Origin: Methanocaldococcus sp. 28A
GTDB taxonomy: Archaea > AGJL01 > Methanococci > Methanococcales > Methanocaldococcaceae
Length of the DNA stretch: 64,000 nucleotides
Assembly: GCA_049852185.1 (NCBI GenBank)
Contig: CP187540.1
Reading direction: 5' to 3' (one strand)
Each line of letters starts with the position of its first letter. Position 1 is the first letter of the stretch. Below the pieces are notes generated by a model. It was not told where the DNA came from and did no database searches. It worked only from the letters and a program-made list of their open reading frames with translations. Of the stretch, positions 45,476-55,681 are shown piece by piece. The translations under genes were made by a program, and so were the position numbers.

Positions 45476-46888
45476 ATGGAAAATTGGAATGAATTATTAA
45501 AAAAAGGTGCTAAGGTATTAGAAAAAAACAAAAACAACAAAATTTTAATAGTTACGCATATAGATACAGATGGATTGACATCAAGAGTTATTTTACAAAA
45601 AGTAGCTGAGAGATTAAACCTAGATGCTGATTTTATGTTTTTAAAACAAATTACAATAGAAACAATAAATGAGATTCCATTTAAGGATTATGATTTAATA
45701 ATTTTTGCTGACTTAGGTAGCGGGCAACTAAAAATGATTAAAGAAAAACTGAAAGAGCTTAACTTATTAGATAAAAAAGATAAAATTATCATTTTAGACC
45801 ACCATCAACCTGAAGAGATTAAGATTCCTGAAACTATTGTTCATATAAATCCTATAGCAATAGGAAAACGTGGGGCTGAAATTTGTGGAGCAGGAGTTTC
45901 ATACTTATTTGCAAAAACGATTAACAATGAATGGATAGACTTGGCTAAGTATGCTGTTTTAGGAGCTGTTGGTGATATTCAAAACATAGAAGGAAAATTA
46001 ACAGGTTTAAATGAGAAAATCTTAAAGGATGCTATAAATGCTGGAGACATAAAAAAATCTATGGATTTGCAGATGTATGGTAGGCAGACAAGACCTTTAT
46101 TTGTATCTATGAGATATTGGGCAGATATTAGAACTGATTTACTAAACAATGATTCAAGAATAATAAAATACATCCAATACATAAATAAAAAGTATGATAT
46201 TGAGATAAACCCTACTATGAGAATAGCTGAGATTCCTTTTGAACATAAAAAAATTATTGGTAATGAACTTTTAATAAAATGCTTAAGCTATGTTCCAAAT
46301 CATTGGACTCCATATATTCCAAAGGTCATATTTGGAGAGGTTTATGAGTTTAAATGTGAAGAATTTGGCTCTCCATTGAGAGATTTGGAGGAATTTTCAA
46401 CTTGTATAAATGCATGTTCAAGATATGGAGATTATGAAACTGCCTTAAATGTGTTAATGGGAGATAGAGGGAAATATTATAGTAGAATGCTTTCAAATTT
46501 GAGGAAGCATAGGAATAATTTAAGAGAAGCTTTAGAGCATGTAAAGAATGATGTTGAGATAATTAAAAAAGAAAACTTCCAATACTTTGAAACAGATAAA
46601 ATTATGCCAAATATTGTAGGAATTGTTGCTGGAATGAGCTATTCTATTGAAGAAGTAGATTGGATGAAGCCAATATTTGCTATAACAGAGGATGATAACG
46701 GCTATAAGGTCTCTGCAAGATGTCCTAAGCTTTTATGCTTCGCTGAGAATATAAATTTAGCTAAAGCAATAAAATATGCATCTGAAAAAGTTGATGGTAG
46801 TGGAGGAGGGCATAAATTTGCTTGTGGAGCATATATTCCTAATAATAAGAAGGAGTTTATAAGATATCTTGAAGTTGCTTTAAAATAA
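45476..46888 (+). CDS. recJ: RecJ/Cdc45-like DHH exonuclease
   Basis: HIDTDG, DLGSG, LDHH, GGGH. Confidence 0.88.
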   Translation: MENWNELLKKGAKVLEKNKNNKILIVTHIDTDGLTSRVILQKVAERLNLDADFMFLKQITIETINEIPFKDYDLIIFADLGSGQLKMIKEKLKELNLLDKKDKIIILDHHQPEEIKIPETIVHINPIAIGKRGAEICGAGVSYLFAKTINNEWIDLAKYAVLGAVGDIQNIEGKLTGLNEKILKDAINAGDIKKSMDLQMYGRQTRPLFVSMRYWADIRTDLLNNDSRIIKYIQYINKKYDIEINPTMRIAEIPFEHKKIIGNELLIKCLSYVPNHWTPYIPKVIFGEVYEFKCEEFGSPLRDLEEFSTCINACSRYGDYETALNVLMGDRGKYYSRMLSNLRKHRNNLREALEHVKNDVEIIKKENFQYFETDKIMPNIVGIVAGMSYSIEEVDWMKPIFAITEDDNGYKVSARCPKLLCFAENINLAKAIKYASEKVDGSGGGHKFACGAYIPNNKKEFIRYLEVALK

Positions 46889-46936
46889 AACAAATATTAA
46901 AATTAAGGTTTAATTAAAATATTTTGTGGTGATATT

Positions 46937-47602
46937 GTGCAAATTCCAATTTTAATAGTTCGTTTAAAAACAAATAAACCACTTAAAAAATCACAAACTC
47001 CATTTTTGAGAGGTTATATTTTAAATATGTTTGATAAGGAAAATTATGTGGAGTTGCATAACCACAGCGGGAATGGTTTTGTCTATACCTATCCAAAAAT
47101 ACAGTATAAAATTATTAGTGGAGATGCTGTTTTAATTGGTATAAAAGAGGGAATAAATATTTTAGGAGAGATTATTTTAGACATTAGAGAGTTAAATTTG
47201 AAAGGGGAATTTTATAAGGTTGTAAATGGTTATGCAAAGGTTAAATTTGAAGAATTTGGTGTAGCAGATGAGATGATAAAATATAAGTTTATATCTCCAT
47301 GGATTGCCTTGAATGAGAGAAATTATTTAAAATATAGAGAGTTGGATGATGAAGGAAAAAAAGAATTGTTAGAAAGGATTTTAATTGGAAATGTTTTGTC
47401 AATGAGTAAGTATTTAAATTACACTGTTGAAGAAAAACTAAAAGCAGAACTTTTAAAATTTGATGATTTAGTTGTTAAATACAAAGGCAATAGGTTTATT
47501 GGCTTTTTTGGAGAGTTTTTAATTAACTTTAATATTCCAAATTATTTAGGAATTGGTAGAAAAGTTTCTAAGGGCTTTGGAAGTGTTGTTCGAATTCCAT
47601 AG
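46937..47602 (+). CDS. cas6: CRISPR endoribonuclease Cas6 (Cas6b type)
   Basis: LHNH...YPKIQYK and C-terminal G-rich loop LGIGRKVSKGFG; abuts array. Confidence 0.88.
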   Translation: MQIPILIVRLKTNKPLKKSQTPFLRGYILNMFDKENYVELHNHSGNGFVYTYPKIQYKIISGDAVLIGIKEGINILGEIILDIRELNLKGEFYKVVNGYAKVKFEEFGVADEMIKYKFISPWIALNERNYLKYRELDDEGKKELLERILIGNVLSMSKYLNYTVEEKLKAELLKFDDLVVKYKGNRFIGFFGEFLINFNIPNYLGIGRKVSKGFGSVVRIP

Positions 47603-47630
47603 AGGGGCTATGCTTTCTCTATTGGTATAC
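47597..47630. repeat. Short GC hairpin repeat, copy 2 (degenerate)
   Basis: CCATAGAGGGGCTATGCTTTCTCTATTGGTATAC, compare 3076-3108. Confidence 0.55.
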
Positions 47631-47665
47631 CACCATTTTTTTGTTAATTTTATTAATTATCCAAT

Positions 47666-48370
47666 TTTATTATCCTTGTTTTAATGGACTAACGATTCAA
47701 ACGCAGTAAAGCAAAAAGCTATAGAGGATTTGAGGTTTAGTTTCCATCCTTGTTTTAATGGACTAACGATTCAAACAAAACTGCTGAAAGTAATATAAAA
47801 AATGTTGATGAGTTTCCATCCTTGTTTTAATGGACTAACGATTCAAACATTATGACTGCGATTTAGATTATAAAGAACTAAAAGTTTCCATCCTTGTTTT
47901 AATGGACTAACGATTCAAACATAAAATATTTATCGTACTTAAGAAGAAGAAGAAAATGTTTCCATCCTTGTTTTAATGGACTAACGATTCAAACGATACT
48001 TCAATTAATGACATCAAAGTAGATTACGAAGTGTATTTAAAGTTTCCATCCTTGTTTTAATGGACTAACGATTCAAACTTTCGGTCTTTGACCCTGAAAT
48101 TGTCTAAAATAGTAGTTTCCATCCTTGTTTTAATGGACTAACGATTCAAACTATTTTGTGAATTAAACAATTCAGGGAGGAAACAGAGTTTCCATCCTTG
48201 TTTTAATGGACTAACGATTCAAACTGTTTTATTCGTGATGATTAGATTATAATAAAATCTGTTTCCATCCTTGTTTTAATGGACTAACGATTCAAACCTG
48301 GTTATAACCAGCCGCACCATTCGAGAATTTGTCGTTTCCATCCTTGTTTTAATGGACTAACGATTCAAAC
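47666..48370 (-). CRISPR. CRISPR array 1: 10 repeats (terminal one degenerate), 9 spacers of 35-47 nt
   Basis: 37-bp repeat GTTTCCATCCTTGTTTTAATGGACTAACGATTCAAAC (+); degenerate repeat at left, leader at right. Confidence 0.97.
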
Positions 48371-48738
48371 CCTACCAACTATTACTTATCTAATACACAA
48401 ACTCCTATATAAATCTTTCTTTTAACATCCGATTTTTCTGACTGCCCAATTATTGAAACCTTTATAAAAGTAAGAAAGATTGTGCAATATCTTTTTAAAT
48501 AAAATGCACAACCATAAATAAAAATCTCAATAATAAAACCTTGTTTCATATAAAATATGTTTTATCTAACTCTAAAACATACAAAATAAAAGTAAATAAA
48601 TGATATTTAATTAAAACAAAAATTTTCCTTAGAAAAAATTAGTAATACTTTTTATCAATTTTCTAGTACCAAAATTAAGGCAGGGGTATATAAAAGCAAG
48701 AAAAGTAAATTAGAAAAATTAATAAGCATATTAAAAAA
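48371..48738 (-). promoter_or_regulatory. CRISPR leader 1 with BRE/TATA (TTTATATA on minus strand at 48406-48413)
   Basis: Near-identical to 55249-55616; TATA ~35 bp from first repeat. Confidence 0.85.
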
Positions 48739-48739
48739 T

Positions 48740-49333
48740 CTATTTACAACATATATTCCTATAACAACAATCGATACACTTCCTTTTATTAACTTTAATA
48801 TTCATGGGAAATTTCTCATTCTCAATAATATCAAAAATTAAATCAATAAATCTAACTGCATCTTCAAAATCCTTTTGTTTAAAGTTAATTTTTTTAACCA
48901 AATTCCCACTTCTTACATAAACTACAAAACCCCTATTGACTTCAACTCCAAAGTTTTCTTTAATTAACAAACCATATAATATGGACTGATACTTATGAGT
49001 TTTAAACAACCTATTCTTATATTCTGCAAATTTGTAATCAAGAGGAGCATAACTTCCATTCTCCAATTCCAAAACCTCGTCCACAATACCAACAATTCTA
49101 TACTTTTTGGAAGATAAGTATACATTTAAAAACTTTGCCTTAGCATTTATGGATTTTCTAATGTAATTTTTGTTTATTTTTTCTTTTAAGTCATGAATAT
49201 TCCTTCCAATTAAAACTTTTTCTCTTTTCTCTTCATGTTGGGGAATCCCCAAGACTCTCTCAAAATAAACGAACCTTGGACAATACATATACTCAACAAC
49301 ATCAGATACAGTAATCATCCCTTCCAATTCCAT
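48740..49333 (-). CDS. cas4: CRISPR-associated Cas4
   Basis: YCPR, GIVD, PLDYK, QSILYG, C..CCYRNIC. Confidence 0.93.
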   Translation of the reverse strand: MELEGMITVSDVVEYMYCPRFVYFERVLGIPQHEEKREKVLIGRNIHDLKEKINKNYIRKSINAKAKFLNVYLSSKKYRIVGIVDEVLELENGSYAPLDYKFAEYKNRLFKTHKYQSILYGLLIKENFGVEVNRGFVVYVRSGNLVKKINFKQKDFEDAVRFIDLIFDIIENEKFPMNIKVNKRKCIDCCYRNICCK

Positions 49334-49618
49334 TTAAAGCACCATGGTCTTTTTATTGTCTCTAACTAAATCCTTATCAAACTCCTCACCAATACAAATT
49401 AACTTTCCAAAGCATTTTTCGCAAACCTCAATAATATAGACCTTATCATTTTCTTCAATAATATTCTCACAAAAAACTCTTAATTCATCAATCCTATTTT
49501 TATTTAAACTCCCAGCAAATACACTCTTTTGAATTCTTAATAGTCCATAGTTTAGACATTTATCAGAAACTCTCTTCCTAATTTTGTCATTACTTATGTC
49601 ATAAATTACATAAATCAT
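49334..49618 (-). CDS. cas2: CRISPR-associated Cas2
   Basis: YVIYDIS, RIQKSVFAG. Confidence 0.95.
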   Translation of the reverse strand: MIYVIYDISNDKIRKRVSDKCLNYGLLRIQKSVFAGSLNKNRIDELRVFCENIIEENDKVYIIEVCEKCFGKLICIGEEFDKDLVRDNKKTMVL

Positions 49619-50619
49619 AAATACCTCTCCTTTATGTCATTTGCAATTTCATAACACTCTTTTTGGATGAAATCAGGAAACTTATACTTCTTTCCTTTAG
49701 ATTCAAACTCTCTATTAAATACATTTTCGTTCATAAATGAAGAGAATTCTCCAATCCCAACATCCGACAATGCTACCCCATTATGCAAAGGAACAAAAAA
49801 CTCATCTTTAACTTTCTTTTTGTTTATAAAATTCACAACTCCTCTATCTACATAAACTCTATACATCTCAATCAAATCATAAACCAAACTTGTTTTATTA
49901 TACCCATCAGAGTGGATAAACCCAACATAAGGGTCTAAACCAGCAATAATGCAACATTTTTCAACAATAGGATACAGCATTCCATAGCCATAATTTAATA
50001 AAGCATTAAATTCATCCTTTGCAGGTCTTCTACTTCTTTCTCTAAACTTATACTTTTCTGGAAGAGCATAATTAATCCCTTCAAAATAATACTTTGAGGC
50101 AATTCCTTCAAAACCTATGATACTGTCTTTTATTGTTCTTTTTGGAATGTTGTCATCTATTTTACTTAAATAATCGTTTAAATCGTCAATGCATGATTTT
50201 ATACCATCAATTAATCCTTCAAAATCTCCCTTATGGTTGTGATTCTTTTTTAATTCCTTTAAATATGTTATTTGATTTTTCATTTTTCTTTCAATCCATT
50301 TTGACGCATATTTTATCCCTTCAATAGTTTCGGAAAATTTTATCTGATTTCTCCTAATTTTTCCAGTCTTACCTAATTTACAGTGCCAAATCATTCCTGC
50401 TGGTTCTTCATTTTTTAAAAATATTATTGGGATATTATTTTCTATTGCTAAATTTATTGCTGATGTTGTAATTGTCCCATCTTTTCCTAAGATAATTCTT
50501 TCAACTTTATTTGCAGAAATTTCTACTTTCTTTACTTTATTATTTTCCTTTACTTCAAAAATAAATCTATCTCCTTTCTTAGATATAAAAAATCCATAGG
50601 ATTTTAAAACAATATCCAT
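49615..50619 (-). CDS. cas1: CRISPR-associated Cas1
   Basis: GFEGIASKYYF, NALLNYGYGMLY, GLDPYVGFIH, DLIEMYR. Confidence 0.95.
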   Translation of the reverse strand: MDIVLKSYGFFISKKGDRFIFEVKENNKVKKVEISANKVERIILGKDGTITTSAINLAIENNIPIIFLKNEEPAGMIWHCKLGKTGKIRRNQIKFSETIEGIKYASKWIERKMKNQITYLKELKKNHNHKGDFEGLIDGIKSCIDDLNDYLSKIDDNIPKRTIKDSIIGFEGIASKYYFEGINYALPEKYKFRERSRRPAKDEFNALLNYGYGMLYPIVEKCCIIAGLDPYVGFIHSDGYNKTSLVYDLIEMYRVYVDRGVVNFINKKKVKDEFFVPLHNGVALSDVGIGEFSSFMNENVFNREFESKGKKYKFPDFIQKECYEIANDIKERYL

Positions 50620-50700
50620 ACTTCCACCAATTCTAAAATTCCAAAAACTATATATAATATTGCTTTGCTATTATTTAAATTGTTGTAGTGGGGGATAAAA

Positions 50701-52497
50701 ATGTTATCAAGCGTGGCAACGATTGGGAAGCATATTATTGAAAAAGAGGGAAAAGATATTAATAATCCACTATCTATATTGGTAGAAAATCCAAACGTGG
50801 ATGGAAAATATAACATAATCTTTAAAATTGCATTTGATGAAAATTTTAACTATTTGGGAGTTTTTGATGATATGTTTGATTCTTCAATGATTTTAAAATT
50901 ACTATATAAAAAATCTTCTGGTGCTAATGCTCCTGATTTAAGTCCAACATCCAAACTTGTTGAAGCTGAAAAGACATTTAATAAAAAAATATTAAGAGCA
51001 GTTGCAGATGCAAAGAAATTCAAGAATACTCATTTTCTAAAAAAATTAGAAAAAGCATTAAAAGATAACAAAGACAAAATTATTGAAGATATCAAAAAAT
51101 TAAAGGAAAGCTATCCAAAGGATGGGGTTATATTAACAATAACTTTTAGAAAGGGGGATGAGGAACTTTATGTTGGAGATATTGAGGAGTTTAGAGATTG
51201 TTTTATGTATAAAGCAATTAGGGACTATTACTATATGAAAACTGGAAACATTACTGCAAAAGGTTATGGAATTTGTTCAATTTGTAATAAAAATGAGGAG
51301 GTTTTTGGATTATTTAGGGAATTTGGTTTTTATACAATAGATAAAGTTGGGAATATTGATGGATTAAATCCAAATGAAGCCTGGAAAAGATTTCCAATTT
51401 GTTTAAAATGTGCTTTATATGTAAAGGCTGGTAAAAATTATTTAGATGAGCATCTAAAAGCAAAATTTTATGGAAATGATATATACATTATCCCAAAGGT
51501 ATTAGATGAGAGTGTTATTGAAAAAGTTCTAAAAAGATTTGAAGATATGGTAAAAGAGTTAGGGACAAGAGATTATTCATATATGGAAGATAGGTTGTTT
51601 AGATTTCTCTCAAGGAAAGATATCTACCTATACATCACATTTATGTTTTTTGAAAAAGGAAATGATTTTAAAATAACTCAAATGATTGAGGATATCCTAC
51701 CATCAAGATTTGGAAGATTATATAAAGAGATAAATAAAATAGAAAGCTATGGAATATTTAAATATTATAAACTAAAGATTAAAAAACCCTCAAAAAAAGA
51801 AAAAGATTACTATAAAAAAATTTTTGGAGATGATTTTGAAGGTCTAAAATTTAGATTTGGATATATAAAAGAATTTTTTGATAATGATGACTTTCTAAAG
51901 ATGATGAACATAATTATCTCAAGTAAAAAAATTGACTACTCATATCTTATCAATGGATTTCTTTCAAAAATTAGAGAGAAATTTGTTAAAGATGAGCCTT
52001 ATGAATTATTTGCATATAAATCTTTCATGATTATTCTTTATTTGATGAATTTAAAGATTCTGGATGGTGAAATTATGGGGGATAGTAAAGAATACTACCA
52101 CTATGACGAAGTTGATGAGTTTTTTGAAAACTATAAAGGATTTTTTGATAAAGATGAAAAGAAGGCAGTGTTTTTATTAGGTGTATTGACAAATAAATTA
52201 TTAGCCCTCCAATATCAAAAAAGGCAGTCAAAACCATTCCAAGCAAAGCTTTATGGTTTAAACTTGGATAAATATAAAGTTGAAAATATCTTTAAAGAAG
52301 CTAATAAAAAACTTATGGAATATGAGCAGGAAGATAATATTGTATATTATAAAAAATTAAGAGAAAAAGTTGCAGAATACTTTGTGAAGGCAGGAAATAC
52401 ATGGAATACAAAAAATAGCGAAATATCTTATATTTTCTCATTAGGAATGGCAATGAGTGATAGATTCAAAAGCAAGGGAGGGGATAACAATGAGTGA
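50701..52497 (+). CDS. cas8b: Type I-B large subunit Cas8b (Csh1-like)
   Basis: CSIC and ICLKC zinc motifs, FYTIDK, AVFLLGVL, Q....SKPF; position before cas7. Confidence 0.85.
   Translation: MLSSVATIGKHIIEKEGKDINNPLSILVENPNVDGKYNIIFKIAFDENFNYLGVFDDMFDSSMILKLLYKKSSGANAPDLSPTSKLVEAEKTFNKKILRAVADAKKFKNTHFLKKLEKALKDNKDKIIEDIKKLKESYPKDGVILTITFRKGDEELYVGDIEEFRDCFMYKAIRDYYYMKTGNITAKGYGICSICNKNEEVFGLFREFGFYTIDKVGNIDGLNPNEAWKRFPICLKCALYVKAGKNYLDEHLKAKFYGNDIYIIPKVLDESVIEKVLKRFEDMVKELGTRDYSYMEDRLFRFLSRKDIYLYITFMFFEKGNDFKITQMIEDILPSRFGRLYKEINKIESYGIFKYYKLKIKKPSKKEKDYYKKIFGDDFEGLKFRFGYIKEFFDNDDFLKMMNIIISSKKIDYSYLINGFLSKIREKFVKDEPYELFAYKSFMIILYLMNLKILDGEIMGDSKEYYHYDEVDEFFENYKGFFDKDEKKAVFLLGVLTNKLLALQYQKRQSKPFQAKLYGLNLDKYKVENIFKEANKKLMEYEQEDNIVYYKKLREKVAEYFVKAGNTWNTKNSEISYIFSLGMAMSDRFKSKGGDNNE
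52075..52497 (+). CDS. cas11: Putative Cas11b small subunit from internal start in cas8b (140 aa)
   Basis: GGTGA RBS 52066-52070 then in-frame ATG 52075 (Met459). Confidence 0.65.
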   Translation: MGDSKEYYHYDEVDEFFENYKGFFDKDEKKAVFLLGVLTNKLLALQYQKRQSKPFQAKLYGLNLDKYKVENIFKEANKKLMEYEQEDNIVYYKKLREKVAEYFVKAGNTWNTKNSEISYIFSLGMAMSDRFKSKGGDNNE

Positions 52498-53389
52498 AAT
52501 CATAAAAAATAGAAGTGAAATCATATTTTTATATGATGTTAAAGATGCAAATCCTAATGGAGACCCCTTAGAAGAAAATAAACCAAGGATTGATGAAGAG
52601 ACTGGAATAAACATTGTTAGTGATGTAAGATTAAAGAGAACAATTAGAGATTATTTGGATAGTATAGGTGAGCTAATATTTATAAAAGAAGTTAGAAAAG
52701 ATAATGGGGAGTTAAAAACAAAAGATGAGAGATTAGAGGAGTTAGAAATAAATAATGCAGAGGATTTATTAAAGTGCATAGATATTAGATTATTTGGAGC
52801 TACAGTAGCTGTTAAAAAGAACACAATAACTTTTACAGGACCAGTTCAATTTAGATTTGGTAGAAGTTTGCATAAAGTTTTCCCAAAACTAATAAAAGGG
52901 ACTACTGTAATGCCTTCAAAGGAGGGAAAAGGTCAGGGGACTTTTACTGAATACTGGATTGTGCCTTATTCACTAATCGCCTTCTATGGAATAATTAATG
53001 AAAATTCTGCAAAAACTACAGGGCTAACAGAAGAAGATGTTAAAAAGTTAATTGAGGCAATGTGGAATGGGACTAAGAATCTAATTAGTAGAAGTAAAAT
53101 TGGACACACTCCAAGATTGTTAATTAAAGTTAATTATAAAGAAAATAACTATCACATTGGAGATTTAGACAAATGCTTAAAGTTAATTTCAGATATTGAA
53201 GATGAAAAAATAAGAGATGTTAAGGACTTTAAAATAGATATAACTGAATTAATTGACATATTAAAAGAAAACAAAGACAAAATTGAGAGTATTGAATACA
53301 TCTGGGATAAAAGATTAAATTTAGTTTATAATGGAGAGCCATTTAACTTTGAGAATGGAGAACTTCCATTTAAGGAAATAACTCTATAA
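52490..53389 (+). CDS. cas7: Type I-B Cas7 (Csh2)
   Basis: NPNGDP..ENKPRID, SDVRLKRTIRDY, DIRLFG, TGPVQF. Confidence 0.93.
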   Translation: MSEIIKNRSEIIFLYDVKDANPNGDPLEENKPRIDEETGINIVSDVRLKRTIRDYLDSIGELIFIKEVRKDNGELKTKDERLEELEINNAEDLLKCIDIRLFGATVAVKKNTITFTGPVQFRFGRSLHKVFPKLIKGTTVMPSKEGKGQGTFTEYWIVPYSLIAFYGIINENSAKTTGLTEEDVKKLIEAMWNGTKNLISRSKIGHTPRLLIKVNYKENNYHIGDLDKCLKLISDIEDEKIRDVKDFKIDITELIDILKENKDKIESIEYIWDKRLNLVYNGEPFNFENGELPFKEITL

Positions 53390-53423
53390 CCTAAATTTTT
53401 AAATTTTTATTTTTGGTGGGATT

Positions 53424-54143
53424 ATGAATATCTTAGTTTTTGATATTTGGTCTGATTATGGGCATTTTAAAAAAATTTATACTACAACAAGCCCCCTAAC
53501 TTATGACATAATCCCAAAAACCTCAATTTATGGGTTTTTGGGAGCAATGTTGGGATTTAGTAGAGATGAATATTTAAAATATTTAAATGGGAATACTACA
53601 AAAATTGCCTTAAGAATTTTAAATCCAATAAAAAAGACATATTTTGGATTAAATCTTATTAATACTAAAGGAAATTACTTTATTCCAATAAAAAAGAAAG
53701 GTCATGAGCCAAGAACACAGATAAGATTTGAGTTATTAAAAAATCCAAAATATAGGCTTTATGTTAATATAAGTGATAGCAAAATATACAACAATTTAAA
53801 AAAACTCTTAAAGGAGCATAAAACAATTTATACCCCATATCTTGGACTTTCAGAATTAATAGCAAATTTTAAGTTTATTGGAGAATTTGAGACTGTAATG
53901 GAAAAATCTGATGATTTTATTGAGATTAATTCAGTTGTTAGGAGAGATTATATTGAAAATATTGATTTCAACTTTGAAAGAGAATATAGATTTGAAAAGA
54001 TTCCAAATGATATAAATGAGAAAAGAATTACAACAGAATATGTTGATGTTTTTTATGAAAAAAATGGATATAGCATAAAATGTAAGTTAAGAGAAGAATA
54101 TTGGAAAGTTTTAGAATTAGATGAAAATATTGTTTTTATATAA
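53424..54143 (+). CDS. cas5: Type I-B Cas5 (Cas5h)
   Basis: FDIWSDYGHFKK..TTTSPLTY, PYLG. Confidence 0.92.
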   Translation: MNILVFDIWSDYGHFKKIYTTTSPLTYDIIPKTSIYGFLGAMLGFSRDEYLKYLNGNTTKIALRILNPIKKTYFGLNLINTKGNYFIPIKKKGHEPRTQIRFELLKNPKYRLYVNISDSKIYNNLKKLLKEHKTIYTPYLGLSELIANFKFIGEFETVMEKSDDFIEINSVVRRDYIENIDFNFEREYRFEKIPNDINEKRITTEYVDVFYEKNGYSIKCKLREEYWKVLELDENIVFI

Positions 54144-54226
54144 TTTAGAACTTTTTATTTGTTTATTCTCTCTTTTAGCTCTATTTTAATCCAATTATCT
54201 TAATAAAAAGAAGATTCTATCTTTAT

Positions 54227-55248
54227 TGTTATATCCTTATTTTAATGGACTAACGATTCAAACACAAGTAGTAGATTATTATGATGTTGAGTGGGCAAGG
54301 TTTCCATCCTTGTTTTAATGGACTAACGATTCAAACTTGTGAAAGAACAGTTGATGTTATTGAATATGTTGCAAAGAATAAGCGTTTCCATCCTTATTTT
54401 AATGGACTAACGATTCAAACCACATCCAGCAACCTAATATCGTAAAAACAGCAACCTAGTTTCCATCCTTGTTTTAATGGACTAACGATTCAAACTTTAT
54501 GCGTATCTTTCGAAAATACGAAAGAATTACATGTTTCCATCCTTGTTTTAATGGACTAACGATTCAAACAAATAAAAATTTCGAGGTGGTTGGAGTGAAA
54601 TTTGAGTTTCCATCCTTGTTTTAATGGACTAACGATTCAAACAGGAGGTGGTGTTATGGAGATAGTAATAGAATTTTTGTTTCCATCCTTGTTTTAATGG
54701 ACTAACGATTCAAACATTTCGAACTTATTCCATCCTATTTTTTGTATCTGGTTTCCATCCTTGTTTTAATGGACTAACGATTCAAACGAGATTATATTTA
54801 GATGATATAATGATTTTCGACTACGATTTAGATAGTGAGTTTCCATCCTTGTTTTAATGGACTAACGATTCAAACATGAAATAGAGATTTTCGACTATGA
54901 TGATGATTGCGAGTTTCCATCCTTGTTTTAATGGACTAACGATTCAAACCTCTTTTTTTGATGAAGAAAGTTTATTATCTTATTGTTTCCATCCTTGTTT
55001 TAATGGACTAACGATTCAAACTGTGTGAGATTGGAAAAAGTGAAAATGATGAATTTGGTTTCCATCCTTGTTTTAATGGACTAACGATTCAAACCATGTA
55101 GTACGTATTGAAATAGGTTATAGATGTTAGTTTCCATCCTTGTTTTAATGGACTAACGATTCAAACGTAAAAAATAAAAATAAAAAAAGAGAGGTGAGAG
55201 GTATATGAAAGGTTTCCATCCTTGTTTTAATGGACTAACGATTCAAAC
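54227..55248 (-). CRISPR. CRISPR array 2: 14 repeats (terminal one degenerate), 13 spacers of 35-51 nt
   Basis: Same 37-bp repeat; G>A variant in the repeats at 54227 and 54384. Confidence 0.97.
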
Positions 55249-55616
55249 CCTACCAACTATTACTTATCTAATACACAAACTCCTATATAAATCTTTCTTT
55301 TTAACATCGATTTTTCTGACTGCCCAATTATTGAAACATTTATAAAAGTAAGAAAGATTGTGCAAACTCTTTATAAATAAAATGCACAACCATAGACAAA
55401 AATCTCAATAATTAGTAGAGATTTTATATAGTTTAAAACTAATCCAAACTTAAATACATAAAAATAAAATCAAATAAATTAAATATTGGAAAAGTAAAGA
55501 TTTCTCATTGAGAAAATTAGTAATACTTTTTATCAATTTTCTAGTACCAAAATTAAGGCAAGGGTATATAAAAGCAAGAAAGTAAAATTAAAAAATCTAA
55601 TATACACATTAAAAAA
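55249..55616 (-). promoter_or_regulatory. CRISPR leader 2 (TATA at 55284-55291 on minus strand)
   Basis: Duplicate of leader 1. Confidence 0.85.
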
Positions 55617-55681
55617 TCCAATAACAAAAAACTAAATACAATAATATAATAATATAAAAAACATTTGCTAAAGGTGATATT

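Noticed and set aside
54144-54226. CreTA-like or mini-array element between cas5 and array 2
   Set aside because: Only a weak TTTTAAT similarity with wrong spacing; no recognisable pseudo-repeat pair
54421-54458. Possible self-targeting of scpA (CAACCTAATATC near 2908)
   Set aside because: A 12-nt match in AT-rich DNA is expected by chance; no full self-match was noticed in the window, though this was not checked computationally
54716-54750. Spacer containing TTCCATCCT, resembling the repeat
   Set aside because: Only 9 nt; the spacer reads as ordinary coding sequence (QIQKIGWNKFE) on the other strand
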